Origin: Fibrobacterota bacterium
GTDB taxonomy: Bacteria > Fibrobacterota > Fibrobacteria > UBA11236
DNA length: 60,259 nt
Direction: 5' to 3'
NCBI GenBank assembly: GCA_043753995.1
Contig: JAYUVP010000322.1
Span: forward strand, 1-60,259
The notes below the pieces were generated by a model, which was given only the letters and a program-made list of their open reading frames with translations, did no database searches and was not told the DNA's origin. A program made the translations under genes and the position numbers. Positions 8,773 to 16,916 of this stretch are shown one piece after another. How positions within the stretch are numbered: the first letter of the stretch is position 1; each line of letters opens with the position of its first letter.

Positions 8773-9975
8773 TTAGAAACCGACTGACATTCCAATTTGA
8801 GCGAACATACCGGGGGCCGCATTGCCGCCGATGAATTGCGGGCCATTGGCCAGAAGAGCCTCTTTGACGGCTCCTTCAAAGGCAAAATTCTCGTAGGCCC
8901 AACGTAGGCCCACGGCCATGTCCGTGCCGGCGGTGAAAAAACTCGTCGACTGGTCCAGATTATTTGCGCCGCTGGGCATATTGGTCAGGGACACCCAAGC
9001 CACGGAGACACCCGCGCCAGCCGTCGCCTCGAAGCCATGACCTAAGGTCTTCTGAAAGCTCATATTCGGTGTCACGGAGACCACGGCCAAGGAACGGTCA
9101 GTTGGCGCCGAATCCCAATCGCGGGTTTGGAATTGAAACAAGCTATTTGAGCCCGCGAAAACCTTGAAAGTGCCAGCATCTTTGAGGATATAGCCGTGAT
9201 AAAACCACAACTGGACGTCGGTGATGCTACGCTTGGCTGTGGCCGCTGCCGCGGCGGGCTTGTTTTCCCAGCTTTCAACATTCAAAATGAGTTCAGCATT
9301 GAGGGCATGAGTGCCTTCGGCAGTGGCATCTTTTTTCCAGCCACCCATCAAATGAATAATGCGCGGAGTCACCTCGGTTCCAGCAGGATCGAACTTGATA
9401 TAGTTGTCATTACCGGTAGCCAAGTCATCGAAGCCAGTGAGCACCGAAACTTCGCCATAGACATCGCCAGCATTTCCAATGGCAAAACTGCCAAAAGCAC
9501 CGAAGCCGTCGGTTTCCAATACCGTCTTGGTTTTGGTGGAGACCGTGGCCAGGGTATCCTCGGTCGAGACCTTATTCAAAGCCACCATGAGACCGCCGCT
9601 GAACTTGCCTGCGCTGGCGATACCGAATCGAACTTCATCCGGCGACCCGCCACCATAAGCCGCACCGAACCAATTCAATCCGATAGCCTCGAAGCTATAG
9701 CCGGCATTGACCAAATCGGCACCGCCCCATCCCGCCAAATATTGCCGGTCGATGAGATGACCACGTTTGGTGAAATCGTCCACCGTATTGTCCGAGGCGG
9801 CATTGCCCTTCATCACCGAGCCATAAAGGCCCGTGCGCGGACCGACCACATCGCTCGAAGAGGCGGGCTTTGCAGCTGGGGCGGACGTCGCCAACGCAGC
9901 CGAATAATCGCTTTGAGCGAAGGCGAAGGTCGAATAGACGGCGCATGCGACGACGCCAGTACGGAACGGTTTCAT
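8773..9975 (-). CDS. Outer-membrane beta-barrel protein of unknown family
   Basis: Signal peptide (AFA-Q), alternating amphipathic strands, terminal aromatic (QIGMSVGF), strong SD GAGGAG. Confidence 0.7.
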   Translation of the reverse strand: MKPFRTGVVACAVYSTFAFAQSDYSAALATSAPAAKPASSSDVVGPRTGLYGSVMKGNAASDNTVDDFTKRGHLIDRQYLAGWGGADLVNAGYSFEAIGLNWFGAAYGGGSPDEVRFGIASAGKFSGGLMVALNKVSTEDTLATVSTKTKTVLETDGFGAFGSFAIGNAGDVYGEVSVLTGFDDLATGNDNYIKFDPAGTEVTPRIIHLMGGWKKDATAEGTHALNAELILNVESWENKPAAAAATAKRSITDVQLWFYHGYILKDAGTFKVFAGSNSLFQFQTRDWDSAPTDRSLAVVSVTPNMSFQKTLGHGFEATAGAGVSVAWVSLTNMPSGANNLDQSTSFFTAGTDMAVGLRWAYENFAFEGAVKEALLANGPQFIGGNAAPGMFAQIGMSVGF

Positions 9976-10062
9976 GGATGTTTCTCCTCGGGGATGTGAA
10001 TGTGACCCGATACTTAGAGGTTTTTTAAATCTAACGGTTCACTAGCAGAAATGTTGAAGAGC

Positions 10063-10154
10063 TGTGAGTAATTACAAGGCAAACCCTACTTCTGTATAAT
10101 TTTCCGCCATAAAAATCAGGCGTTTGTCCACATCTGTGGATAGTTTGTGAACAC
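10063..10154. promoter_or_regulatory. Cluster of DnaA-box-like 9-mers
   Basis: TTGTCCACA (10124-10132, +) and CTATCCACA (10135-10143, -) are each 8/9 to TTATCCACA. Also GTGTTCACA (10146-10154, -), TTATACAGA (10091-10099, -) and TTACTCACA (10063-10071, -). AT-rich intergenic region. Confidence 0.55.
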
Positions 10155-10249
10155 TAAGGCAACTTTTAACGAACACCCGTCAAAGAGTTTTAAACCCGAC
10201 ATTTCCACTTTGTTTCCAAGCGATGACTGCTGGCAAAATGCCGTGGCGA

Positions 10250-11230
10250 CTACCCCGCAGGAGGATTGACCTCGGTGATAATGATGCTTTCGAAGCGATT
10301 CAATTCTTGTTTGTGATACTGTAAAAAAATGGTTTCGGTTCTTACGCCGCGTAGAATGTTGACAATAAAACGACTATAACGATAAAGTAAAGAAATGCCC
10401 CGTCCCGTTTCATCGTAGATCCCGGGCGGCAACGCCTCCTCGCCGATTCGCGACTGACGTCTCAACTTATTCAGCAGACGCAGCATGCTCAAATTACCCG
10501 TACTGTCCGTGACGGAAAAGCCCACCTTCTCCTTATCCACCGCCACCATGAGCTTGATACCTCGCCGCTCAGGAATATCGACTTCCGAGGGTGCCGTCGC
10601 CGCGGTTTGATCGCGTTCTTCTGGAGTGATTCCATGGATGGCATAGGAAAAGGTATTGAGCAGCATTTCATGCAGAAACATTCGGAAATTGCCGCGTTCT
10701 TCCGCATGCACATAGGGCTCGCCGAAGTCGAAGGCTTCGTCTATGACGGCTTGCACTTTGACCGGTCCGCTAAAGGTTCGAAAAAGCGGACCCACGGTAT
10801 AGCCCTCATGAAAATACGGTTCAAATCCGAAAATATTGCCCGTGAGCAGTCTCACCGTCAGAGCGCGTAGCAAGGCGGCATCGAAACCGCTTTTCTTGAG
10901 CACATTGCCCACCGAACATTCTTGCGCCACTTGGAAATAGTCCACCCCATCGTCGGCCAATAAGGCCACTTGCAACCACGGATTGAAGGCGCGTAAGGCT
11001 TGAATCAAAACCGAAGCCACGCCCATTTCCTCAGGCAGCATTTCCACGAAAACCAAAGCGGGACGGCGACGAGGCACAAACTCGGGCCACCTATCCGGAT
11101 CAAGGGTGGCAAAGGAGATTTGCAAACGATAAGCCGGCTGCCAAGTCATGGTGGAATACAGCTCGCGCAACCGCCCTGCCAAGGCCGGCGTTCTGCCCAG
11201 GAAATAGACCGGCGTTGTCGCCTCGTTCAC
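10250..11230 (-). CDS. Degenerate receiver-like domain fused to a HATPase_c (anti-sigma/kinase-like) domain
   Basis: GTG start. C-terminal LHEMLLNTFSYA (N-box), VGFSVTDSTG (G1-like), ETGRGISL (G2-like). N terminus has a receiver-like fold without clear DD/D/K residues. Confidence 0.6.
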   Translation of the reverse strand: MNEATTPVYFLGRTPALAGRLRELYSTMTWQPAYRLQISFATLDPDRWPEFVPRRRPALVFVEMLPEEMGVASVLIQALRAFNPWLQVALLADDGVDYFQVAQECSVGNVLKKSGFDAALLRALTVRLLTGNIFGFEPYFHEGYTVGPLFRTFSGPVKVQAVIDEAFDFGEPYVHAEERGNFRMFLHEMLLNTFSYAIHGITPEERDQTAATAPSEVDIPERRGIKLMVAVDKEKVGFSVTDSTGNLSMLRLLNKLRRQSRIGEEALPPGIYDETGRGISLLYRYSRFIVNILRGVRTETIFLQYHKQELNRFESIIITEVNPPAG

Positions 11231-11503
11231 CGAATCGTCCTAAGTTCAGGTTTTTCCGTCGATTATACCATCCGCAAAAGCCCCCGGTAAAAGGCCCATC
11301 AAAGCCCTTTTCTTAGCGTTTGTCCGACCCCCCATAATATGGGAGCTTTCTAGCGGTGCTGCGGAGGTTTGATTTCAGACATTAAAGACATGAAAAACGA
11401 ATCCACATTGAAATATCCACAAAACTGGGTGATAATCCGGTTAGGAATTTGCGCTGCCGGCATCGCATGACGGTTTCGCGAAGACTGTAGGAGTCCATTA
11501 ATC

Positions 11504-12073
11504 ATGCTGACGACAGGAGAAGTGGCCAAGCTCTTCCATGTCTCTGCGCAGACGGTGATCAACTGGCTTGATCAAGGCCGTATGCCGTATGAGCGCATCG
11601 GACGGGGCCCACGCCGCCTGACGGAAGAGGCGGTTCTACGCTATGTGGAGGAGATAGGTATCTCCCCCGAAGCGCTAGACGAAGAGATTTATGCTCGCGC
11701 CGCCAAAGCCGCCGCCGCTTACCGCAATGCCTCAGGGCCGGCCGTTATCCTTTGCGATACGGACCTGAAAATCATTGGTTGGAACGAATCCGCGCGTCAT
11801 CTCTGGGGTCATACCCAGGTGGAGATGCTGGGTAAGTCCCTGACCAAGGTCGTGGCCAAGGCCATGCACAACGACGCCCCTGTCGAGCAGCTGATCAAGG
11901 CTCCTTGGCAGGACAAGTCCTACCAGTTCGACGCCGTGCAAGACACGCGCTATGGCAAGCCCATTCATGGTGGCTTAACCGTATCGCGCTTCTATCTCGA
12001 CGGCATGCTGGCGGGTTATGTCGTTGCGGCCAAGGACAGCAAGCCCAAAACGGGCTTGGAAATCAAGAAATAA
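11504..12073 (+). CDS. Excisionase/MerR-like HTH (HTH_17) plus PAS-domain regulator
   Basis: MLTTGEVAKLFHVSAQTVINWLDQGRM..ERIGRGPRRL (Xis-type HTH); AVILCDTDLKIIGWNESARHLWGHTQVEMLGKSL (PAS). SD GGAG. Confidence 0.85.
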   Translation: MLTTGEVAKLFHVSAQTVINWLDQGRMPYERIGRGPRRLTEEAVLRYVEEIGISPEALDEEIYARAAKAAAAYRNASGPAVILCDTDLKIIGWNESARHLWGHTQVEMLGKSLTKVVAKAMHNDAPVEQLIKAPWQDKSYQFDAVQDTRYGKPIHGGLTVSRFYLDGMLAGYVVAAKDSKPKTGLEIKK

Positions 12074-12120
12074 CCGCCCTGTGACCCGACTCTAAGGTCC
12101 ATTTTTAAGTCCCTATTTGG

Positions 12121-12149
12121 GGCTGCCTCGCCGAGGCGGCCTTTTTTTT
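12121..12149 (+). terminator. Rho-independent terminator
   Basis: GGCTGCCTC-GCC-GAGGCGGCC followed by T8. Confidence 0.85.
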
Positions 12150-12189
12150 GCGCTTGGATTTATTGCCCCAGATTGCCCCAGCCAAGGGA

Positions 12190-12537
12190 TCAGGGCTTTG
12201 GCGGTTTATCGACAAAGCGATAAACTTTTTCACCTGGCTTGGCCATGCCGAGTTCGTGGCGAACCACGGCTTCGAGATAGGCCGTGTCTTCCGTTAGCCT
12301 GCGTTTTTCTTTCCCTAAATCTTCGCGCCTTTGCTCTAAACTATCGATAACCTGGCGCTTGCCCGCATTGACCTGGGCCAGTTGCCGCAAATTCAAAAGT
12401 CCGCTGGGGCCATTCATCACGTCATAAACCACCACCGCCAAAATGCCCAGCAAAAGCCAGGGCAACCAGGCAAACCCCGGCCGGCCTTTGGACTTGGCCA
12501 CCTTGTTTTTCGCCATATTATTCGGGGATTTGGCCAT
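12190..12537 (-). CDS. ftsB: Septum formation initiator FtsB/DivIC
   Basis: Single TM helix, GPSGLLNLRQL, coiled coil, YLEAVVRHELGMAKPGEKVY. Confidence 0.85.
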   Translation of the reverse strand: MAKSPNNMAKNKVAKSKGRPGFAWLPWLLLGILAVVVYDVMNGPSGLLNLRQLAQVNAGKRQVIDSLEQRREDLGKEKRRLTEDTAYLEAVVRHELGMAKPGEKVYRFVDKPPKP

Positions 12538-12565
12538 AGGTTAACGGGCAGGTTTCCCCGTGAAA

Positions 12566-13597
12566 TTAGAATAACATCCTTTGCCTTCGCGCGTCGCGAA
12601 AGCGGCCGTCGCGTCCGCGTTCGATTTCCCCCTGCATTTCCCAAGCCAGCAATTGCGCCGACCAAGCGGCTAGCGAACGGGGCGGACGCATGGGTGCGCC
12701 TTCCTCGCGAATCGACTCGGCCGCATGATGCCAAGCTTCGAAAAGCTCTTCGGCCGACAAGGCTTGGCTCCGCTCCAGATATTGCGCCAATTCTCGCGGC
12801 AAAATCCTTGGCTCGCCCGGGTGGCTCCGGGCGTCCGGTCCACTAGGTTCCAATGCCGACCTTTGCACCCCAGGCCTCTCCAGGCTTTTGCCCTTGCCGT
12901 CCCCCGTCCCCACAGAAGGCAAAGGCATGCGCCGCGCCACTCCCGTCGCCAGTATTTTCAAGGCCGCTGGCACATCAGCAAATGCAAAAGCCCCCTGACG
13001 CAATAGGCCTTGCAAGCCACCCCCGACCTCGCCCGTCAGGCATGCCAAGGGCACCAAAACCGGAAGCCCCAAGCGGCGCGCATACTCCGCGGTATGCAAG
13101 GCGCCGCTGTCAGGCCCGGCCTCGACCACAATGACGGCCCGCGTGAGTGCAGCAATCAAGCGATTGCGTTTGGGGAAATGACCTCGCAAAGGCGGCGTTC
13201 CCGCCGCATGCTCGCTAATCAAGGCCCCCTGTTCGGCCATTTGTTGCATCAGCAAGCGATTCGACTTGGGATAAACCACATCGACCCCGCAACCTAAAAC
13301 CGCCGCCGTAGGTGCTCCCACCTTCAAAGCGGCGGCATGACAGGCCGTATCAATGCCCTTGGCCAAACCCGAAACCAGCCCATAACCCGCTTCGCCCAAA
13401 GCTCGCGACAAATCCGAGGCGAGGGCCATGCCCAGTCGCGTCGGATGCCGTGTGCCCACCACAGCCACCGCGGCCTCAGGAAGACAATTCCAAACCCCGC
13501 GCACTTCGATGCGCGGAGCCGTAGGCAAGCGCCTAAGCCCGCAGGGATAGTCTTCACTCTCCGAAGTCAAAACGCGAATGGCAAGTGCAATGGACAT
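12566..13597 (-). CDS. dprA: DNA-processing protein DprA
   Basis: VAVVGTRHPT, LVSGLAKGIDTACH, AVLGCGVDVVYP, FPKRNRLIAAL, VVEAGPDSGALHTA; C-terminal winged helix. Start placed at MSIALAIR. Confidence 0.93.
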   Translation of the reverse strand: MSIALAIRVLTSESEDYPCGLRRLPTAPRIEVRGVWNCLPEAAVAVVGTRHPTRLGMALASDLSRALGEAGYGLVSGLAKGIDTACHAAALKVGAPTAAVLGCGVDVVYPKSNRLLMQQMAEQGALISEHAAGTPPLRGHFPKRNRLIAALTRAVIVVEAGPDSGALHTAEYARRLGLPVLVPLACLTGEVGGGLQGLLRQGAFAFADVPAALKILATGVARRMPLPSVGTGDGKGKSLERPGVQRSALEPSGPDARSHPGEPRILPRELAQYLERSQALSAEELFEAWHHAAESIREEGAPMRPPRSLAAWSAQLLAWEMQGEIERGRDGRFRDARRQRMLF

Positions 13598-13683
13598 ACC
13601 CAAGATATACTGCTCATTTGAGCAGTTATCAAGGTGCGCAGCCTCTCGATAAACCACCCACAAGGTTGGCATCTTTACGCGCT

Positions 13684-14601
13684 ATGTCACCTAATTCAAA
13701 GCGCTATTCCACCGACGACCTCTTAAACATTATGGCTCGCCTACGCGCGCCCGACGGTTGTCCCTGGGACAAAGAACAGACCCATGAATCGATTTTGAGC
13801 TGCCTGATTGAAGAGAGCTATGAATTTGTCGACGCCGTCGAGCGTCACGATAGGCCGAATATGGCCGAAGAATTGGGCGATTTACTGCTGCAAGTGGTCT
13901 TTCACAGCCAGATGGCCCAGGAACAGCGTCACTTCGAATATCAAGACGTGGTCACCAGCATTTGCGAAAAACTGATACGTCGTCATCCCCATGTTTTTGG
14001 CGAAGCCGAAGCCAAGGATGCCGCCACCGTCGTAGTGCAATGGGACGCCATCAAGCAAAAAGAAAAAGCCGAAATGGCGGCTAAAACCGGCTCAGGTCCC
14101 GATGCCGCCGCCCAACCCGAATCGGCCCTGGGGCAAATTCCCCGCCAATTGCCTGCCTTGGCCAAGGCCCAGAAAATTCAATCTCGCGCCGCCAAACATG
14201 GCTTTGATTGGCTGGATTATCAGGGCCCCCTCGCCAAAGTGCATGAAGAATTGGCCGAATTCGAGGCAGAATTGAATCAGCTCCAAACCTCGGGCAGCCT
14301 GACCGACCCCACGGCCCCCCTCACCGCCAGCCGCGCCATGGCCGGCGAACACCCCACCCCCGAAGCCGCACGCGAACGACTAAAATCCGAATTCGGTGAT
14401 TTGCTGTTCTCGATGGTTAACCTGGCGAGGCGACTCGATATAGACCCGGAACGCGCCCTTTCCGGCACCAACCAGAAATTCATGCGCCGTTTCCAGACCA
14501 TGGAAAACCTGATCCACACCGATGGCCAAAACCTCAATGGCCTGACACTGGAACAAATGGACGCTTACTGGGATCGGGTTAAAAAAGCCGAGACTACTTG
14601 A
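13684..14601 (+). CDS. mazG: Nucleoside triphosphate pyrophosphohydrolase MazG
   Basis: LRAPDGCPWDKEQT, EESYEFVDA, EELGDLLLQVVFH, KLIRRHPHVFG; second domain EFGDLLFS. Start placed at MSPNSKRY. Confidence 0.95.
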   Translation: MSPNSKRYSTDDLLNIMARLRAPDGCPWDKEQTHESILSCLIEESYEFVDAVERHDRPNMAEELGDLLLQVVFHSQMAQEQRHFEYQDVVTSICEKLIRRHPHVFGEAEAKDAATVVVQWDAIKQKEKAEMAAKTGSGPDAAAQPESALGQIPRQLPALAKAQKIQSRAAKHGFDWLDYQGPLAKVHEELAEFEAELNQLQTSGSLTDPTAPLTASRAMAGEHPTPEAARERLKSEFGDLLFSMVNLARRLDIDPERALSGTNQKFMRRFQTMENLIHTDGQNLNGLTLEQMDAYWDRVKKAETT

Positions 14602-14809
14602 AAACCAAGTTGTTCACTATCAGGCCAGCAAAGAAAAGCAGCAAATACCCAAACCACAAAAAGGTCAACGGGTAGTTGAAGAACTTGTCTTCGGTGCGAT
14701 GCGAACCCTTGGGCTTACCCTGAATATCGACCACACTGCGGCGCAAATGCTTCAGGCTAAACCAAAAACCGGTCGCACCGATAATAATGAGGAGCAAGGC
14801 TTTTATCAT
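14594..14809 (-). CDS. Small two-TM membrane protein
   Basis: 71 aa with two hydrophobic helices; convergent 8-nt overlap with the mazG stop. Confidence 0.6.
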   Translation of the reverse strand: MIKALLLIIIGATGFWFSLKHLRRSVVDIQGKPKGSHRTEDKFFNYPLTFLWFGYLLLFFAGLIVNNLVFK

Positions 14810-14873
14810 GAGCTGGGTTTAACATAACAACCCCCGTTCACCCTGCCACTGGGGTTAAGTGCCACCCCAAGCC

Positions 14874-14902
14874 TTGCCAGCAGCCCCGCTTGGATTTAAA
14901 TT
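14874..14902 (+). promoter_or_regulatory. Sigma-70-type promoter of the rimP-nusA-infB operon
   Basis: TTGCCA-N17-TAAATT. Confidence 0.6.
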
Positions 14903-14912
14903 GACCCTCCTC

Positions 14913-15002
14913 ACGTGGGCGCCCACGTCTTCCTGCTTTCCGAGAAAACCGGGTCGCTTTAACGCGACGGGGTCGGCTTTCGCGGGACGTCGTTTCGGCG
15001 TC
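14913..15002 (+). ncRNA. Structured 5' leader of rimP (rimP-leader-like)
   Basis: Perfect palindrome ACGTGGGCGCCCACGT at 14913-14928, just after the predicted TSS, followed by further stems (GTCGC..GCGAC; GACGTCG-TTT-CGGCGTC). Confidence 0.45.
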
Positions 15003-15080
15003 TGCGCGGGTACTCCTTCTTTTAAGGCCAAACCTTAGCCACCGGCAGACTCGACCTTCAGGACCTCTACAACCGACCCT

Positions 15081-15542
15081 ATGGACTTAATCGAACGCAT
15101 TCAACAACTCGCGCAAGGAGCCTGCGAAGCGCAGGGCGCCGACTTGGTGGATGTCGAGGTTTTCCGCGCGGGCCGTCGTCGCATTGTCCGTGTCTATATC
15201 GGCAAGGCCCCTTCCGTCTCCATCGACGACTGCACCCAGGTTAGCCGCCAACTCGGCACCTTGCTTGACGCCGAGAACGTGCTGGAAAACGAGCCCTATA
15301 CCTTAGAGGTAAGCTCGCCCGGCATAGACCGACCTTTCAAATCCCTGCGAGACTGGCAACGTAATGTTAGCCGTATCGTTCGTTTGTCCACCCAGCAGCC
15401 GATACAAGGCAAGAAAATTCTGATCGGGAAACTCGTTTCCGTGACAGAAAATTCCGCCGTGATCGAAACTCCTGCCGGCCCCTTGGAAGTGCTTCGCTCC
15501 CAAGTGACCCAGGCCCGCTGCGAGATCGTCCTCCCTTCCTAA
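15081..15542 (+). CDS. rimP: Ribosome maturation factor RimP
   Basis: VSIDDCTQVSR, YTLEVSSPGIDRP; first gene before nusA. Confidence 0.96.
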   Translation: MDLIERIQQLAQGACEAQGADLVDVEVFRAGRRRIVRVYIGKAPSVSIDDCTQVSRQLGTLLDAENVLENEPYTLEVSSPGIDRPFKSLRDWQRNVSRIVRLSTQQPIQGKKILIGKLVSVTENSAVIETPAGPLEVLRSQVTQARCEIVLPS

Positions 15543-15555
15543 GGAGAGTTTCCCT

Positions 15556-16803
15556 ATGTCGCTCGAAAAGGACCTCATCGAGAATCTCTCGCTCATTGCG
15601 AAGACCAAGAATTTGAGTCAGGATGTCGTCATTGATACTCTGCAACAGAGTCTCGTGAATGCGGCCAAGAAATACCTGAACGTGGCCAAGAACGTCGAAG
15701 CCGAAATCGAAACCGAAAGCGGCGAGATTCATGTCTACCTGCGTGTGCATGTGGTCGATGATTATCCCGACGTGCCCACCGAAATGACGGCCGAAGAAGT
15801 GGCCACCTATGACGAGAAATACATGCTGGTGAGCGAGGCGAGCGAATACAATGCCGACGCCGCTCCCGGGGATTATCTCGAAATGGAAATCCCCATCGAG
15901 AATTTCGGTCGCGCCGCGATTCAAGCCGCTAAGCAAAACCTCTTGCAGCGCGTGCGTGATGCCGAGCGCGAAAAGATTTTCGAAGACTATCAGCATAAAG
16001 TCGGCACTCTGGTGACCGGCACGGTGCAGCAAGTCGATCGCGGCAATATCCTGGTGAATCTCGGCAAGACCGAAGGCATCATTCCCCTGAAAGAGCAAAT
16101 CCGCAAGGAACGCTATCGCCAGGGCGACAATATTCGCGCCTATATCGCAAATGTGAGCACCAATACCAAGGGCCCGCAAATTCTTTTGTCGCGCACCCAT
16201 CCCGAATTTTTGGCCCGGCTTTTTGAGCTGGAAGTGCCCGAAATTCACGATGGCATTGTCACTATTCGCGCCGTGGCGCGCGACCCTGGCTTTCGCGCCA
16301 AAATCGCCGTGGTCAGCAAGGACGAGCGCATTGATCCCGTCGGCGCCTGCGTGGGCATGAAGGGCAATCGCGTGCAAGCCATTGTCCGCGAGCTTAGCAA
16401 TGAGCGCATCGACATCATTCACTATAGCGATGATGCCAGCTCCTATATACGTCGTGCCCTATCGCCCGCCCAAGTGCGCCAGCTCACCGATATCGGTGAT
16501 GGACGCGTGGTTGTTATCGTGGCCGACGAAGACCTTTCCCAAGCCATAGGCCGCGGCGGACAAAATGTCCGTCTCGCCAGCAAGCTCATGGGCCGTGAAC
16601 TCGACATTTATGGCCAGACCGAATTCAGCAATTTGCCGCCCGAAGAGCGCGACGTGCTCTTCAAGCCGCGCGAAGGTGCGAAAGTCCCTGCTTCCCCTGA
16701 GGGAGTGGCGGGCGTCGCCTCAACGCCGAAGGTGGCTAACAAATACAGCGAACTCGAGTCCTTGTTTAGCAAGAAAAAGACCGAGCAGGCGCCATTGCCG
16801 TGA
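15556..16803 (+). CDS. nusA: Transcription termination/antitermination factor NusA
   Basis: FGRAAIQAAKQ, LSRTHPEFL..LFELEVPEI, RDPGFRAKIAV, DPVGACVG, LSQAIGRGGQNVRLAS. Confidence 0.98.
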   Translation: MSLEKDLIENLSLIAKTKNLSQDVVIDTLQQSLVNAAKKYLNVAKNVEAEIETESGEIHVYLRVHVVDDYPDVPTEMTAEEVATYDEKYMLVSEASEYNADAAPGDYLEMEIPIENFGRAAIQAAKQNLLQRVRDAEREKIFEDYQHKVGTLVTGTVQQVDRGNILVNLGKTEGIIPLKEQIRKERYRQGDNIRAYIANVSTNTKGPQILLSRTHPEFLARLFELEVPEIHDGIVTIRAVARDPGFRAKIAVVSKDERIDPVGACVGMKGNRVQAIVRELSNERIDIIHYSDDASSYIRRALSPAQVRQLTDIGDGRVVVIVADEDLSQAIGRGGQNVRLASKLMGRELDIYGQTEFSNLPPEERDVLFKPREGAKVPASPEGVAGVASTPKVANKYSELESLFSKKKTEQAPLP

Positions 16804-16916
16804 GGGCCTGAGTCCAAGACCCGCGCGGGAAACCGCGGGGGTAGCACTCAATCGATCCGCCAAGGTGGCGGAAAGGCCCGCGGGGCATGCCGCGAAACTA
16901 CATTGGAAGCCGCATT

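Noticed and set aside
10228..10243. Minus-strand GG-N10-GC (CGGCATTTTGCCAGCA) as a sigma-54 promoter
   Set aside because: Lacks the TTGC -12 element and is ~250 nt from the next start; likely a chance match.
12552..12567. parS-like GTTTCCCCGTGAAATT
   Set aside because: Only about 10/16 to TGTTTCACGTGAAACA and not a good palindrome.
14817..14844. TTATGTTAAA on the minus strand, matching the XerD arm of dif
   Set aside because: There is no XerC-like arm (no ATAA) at 6-bp spacing. It is better explained as the -10 region of the small membrane gene.
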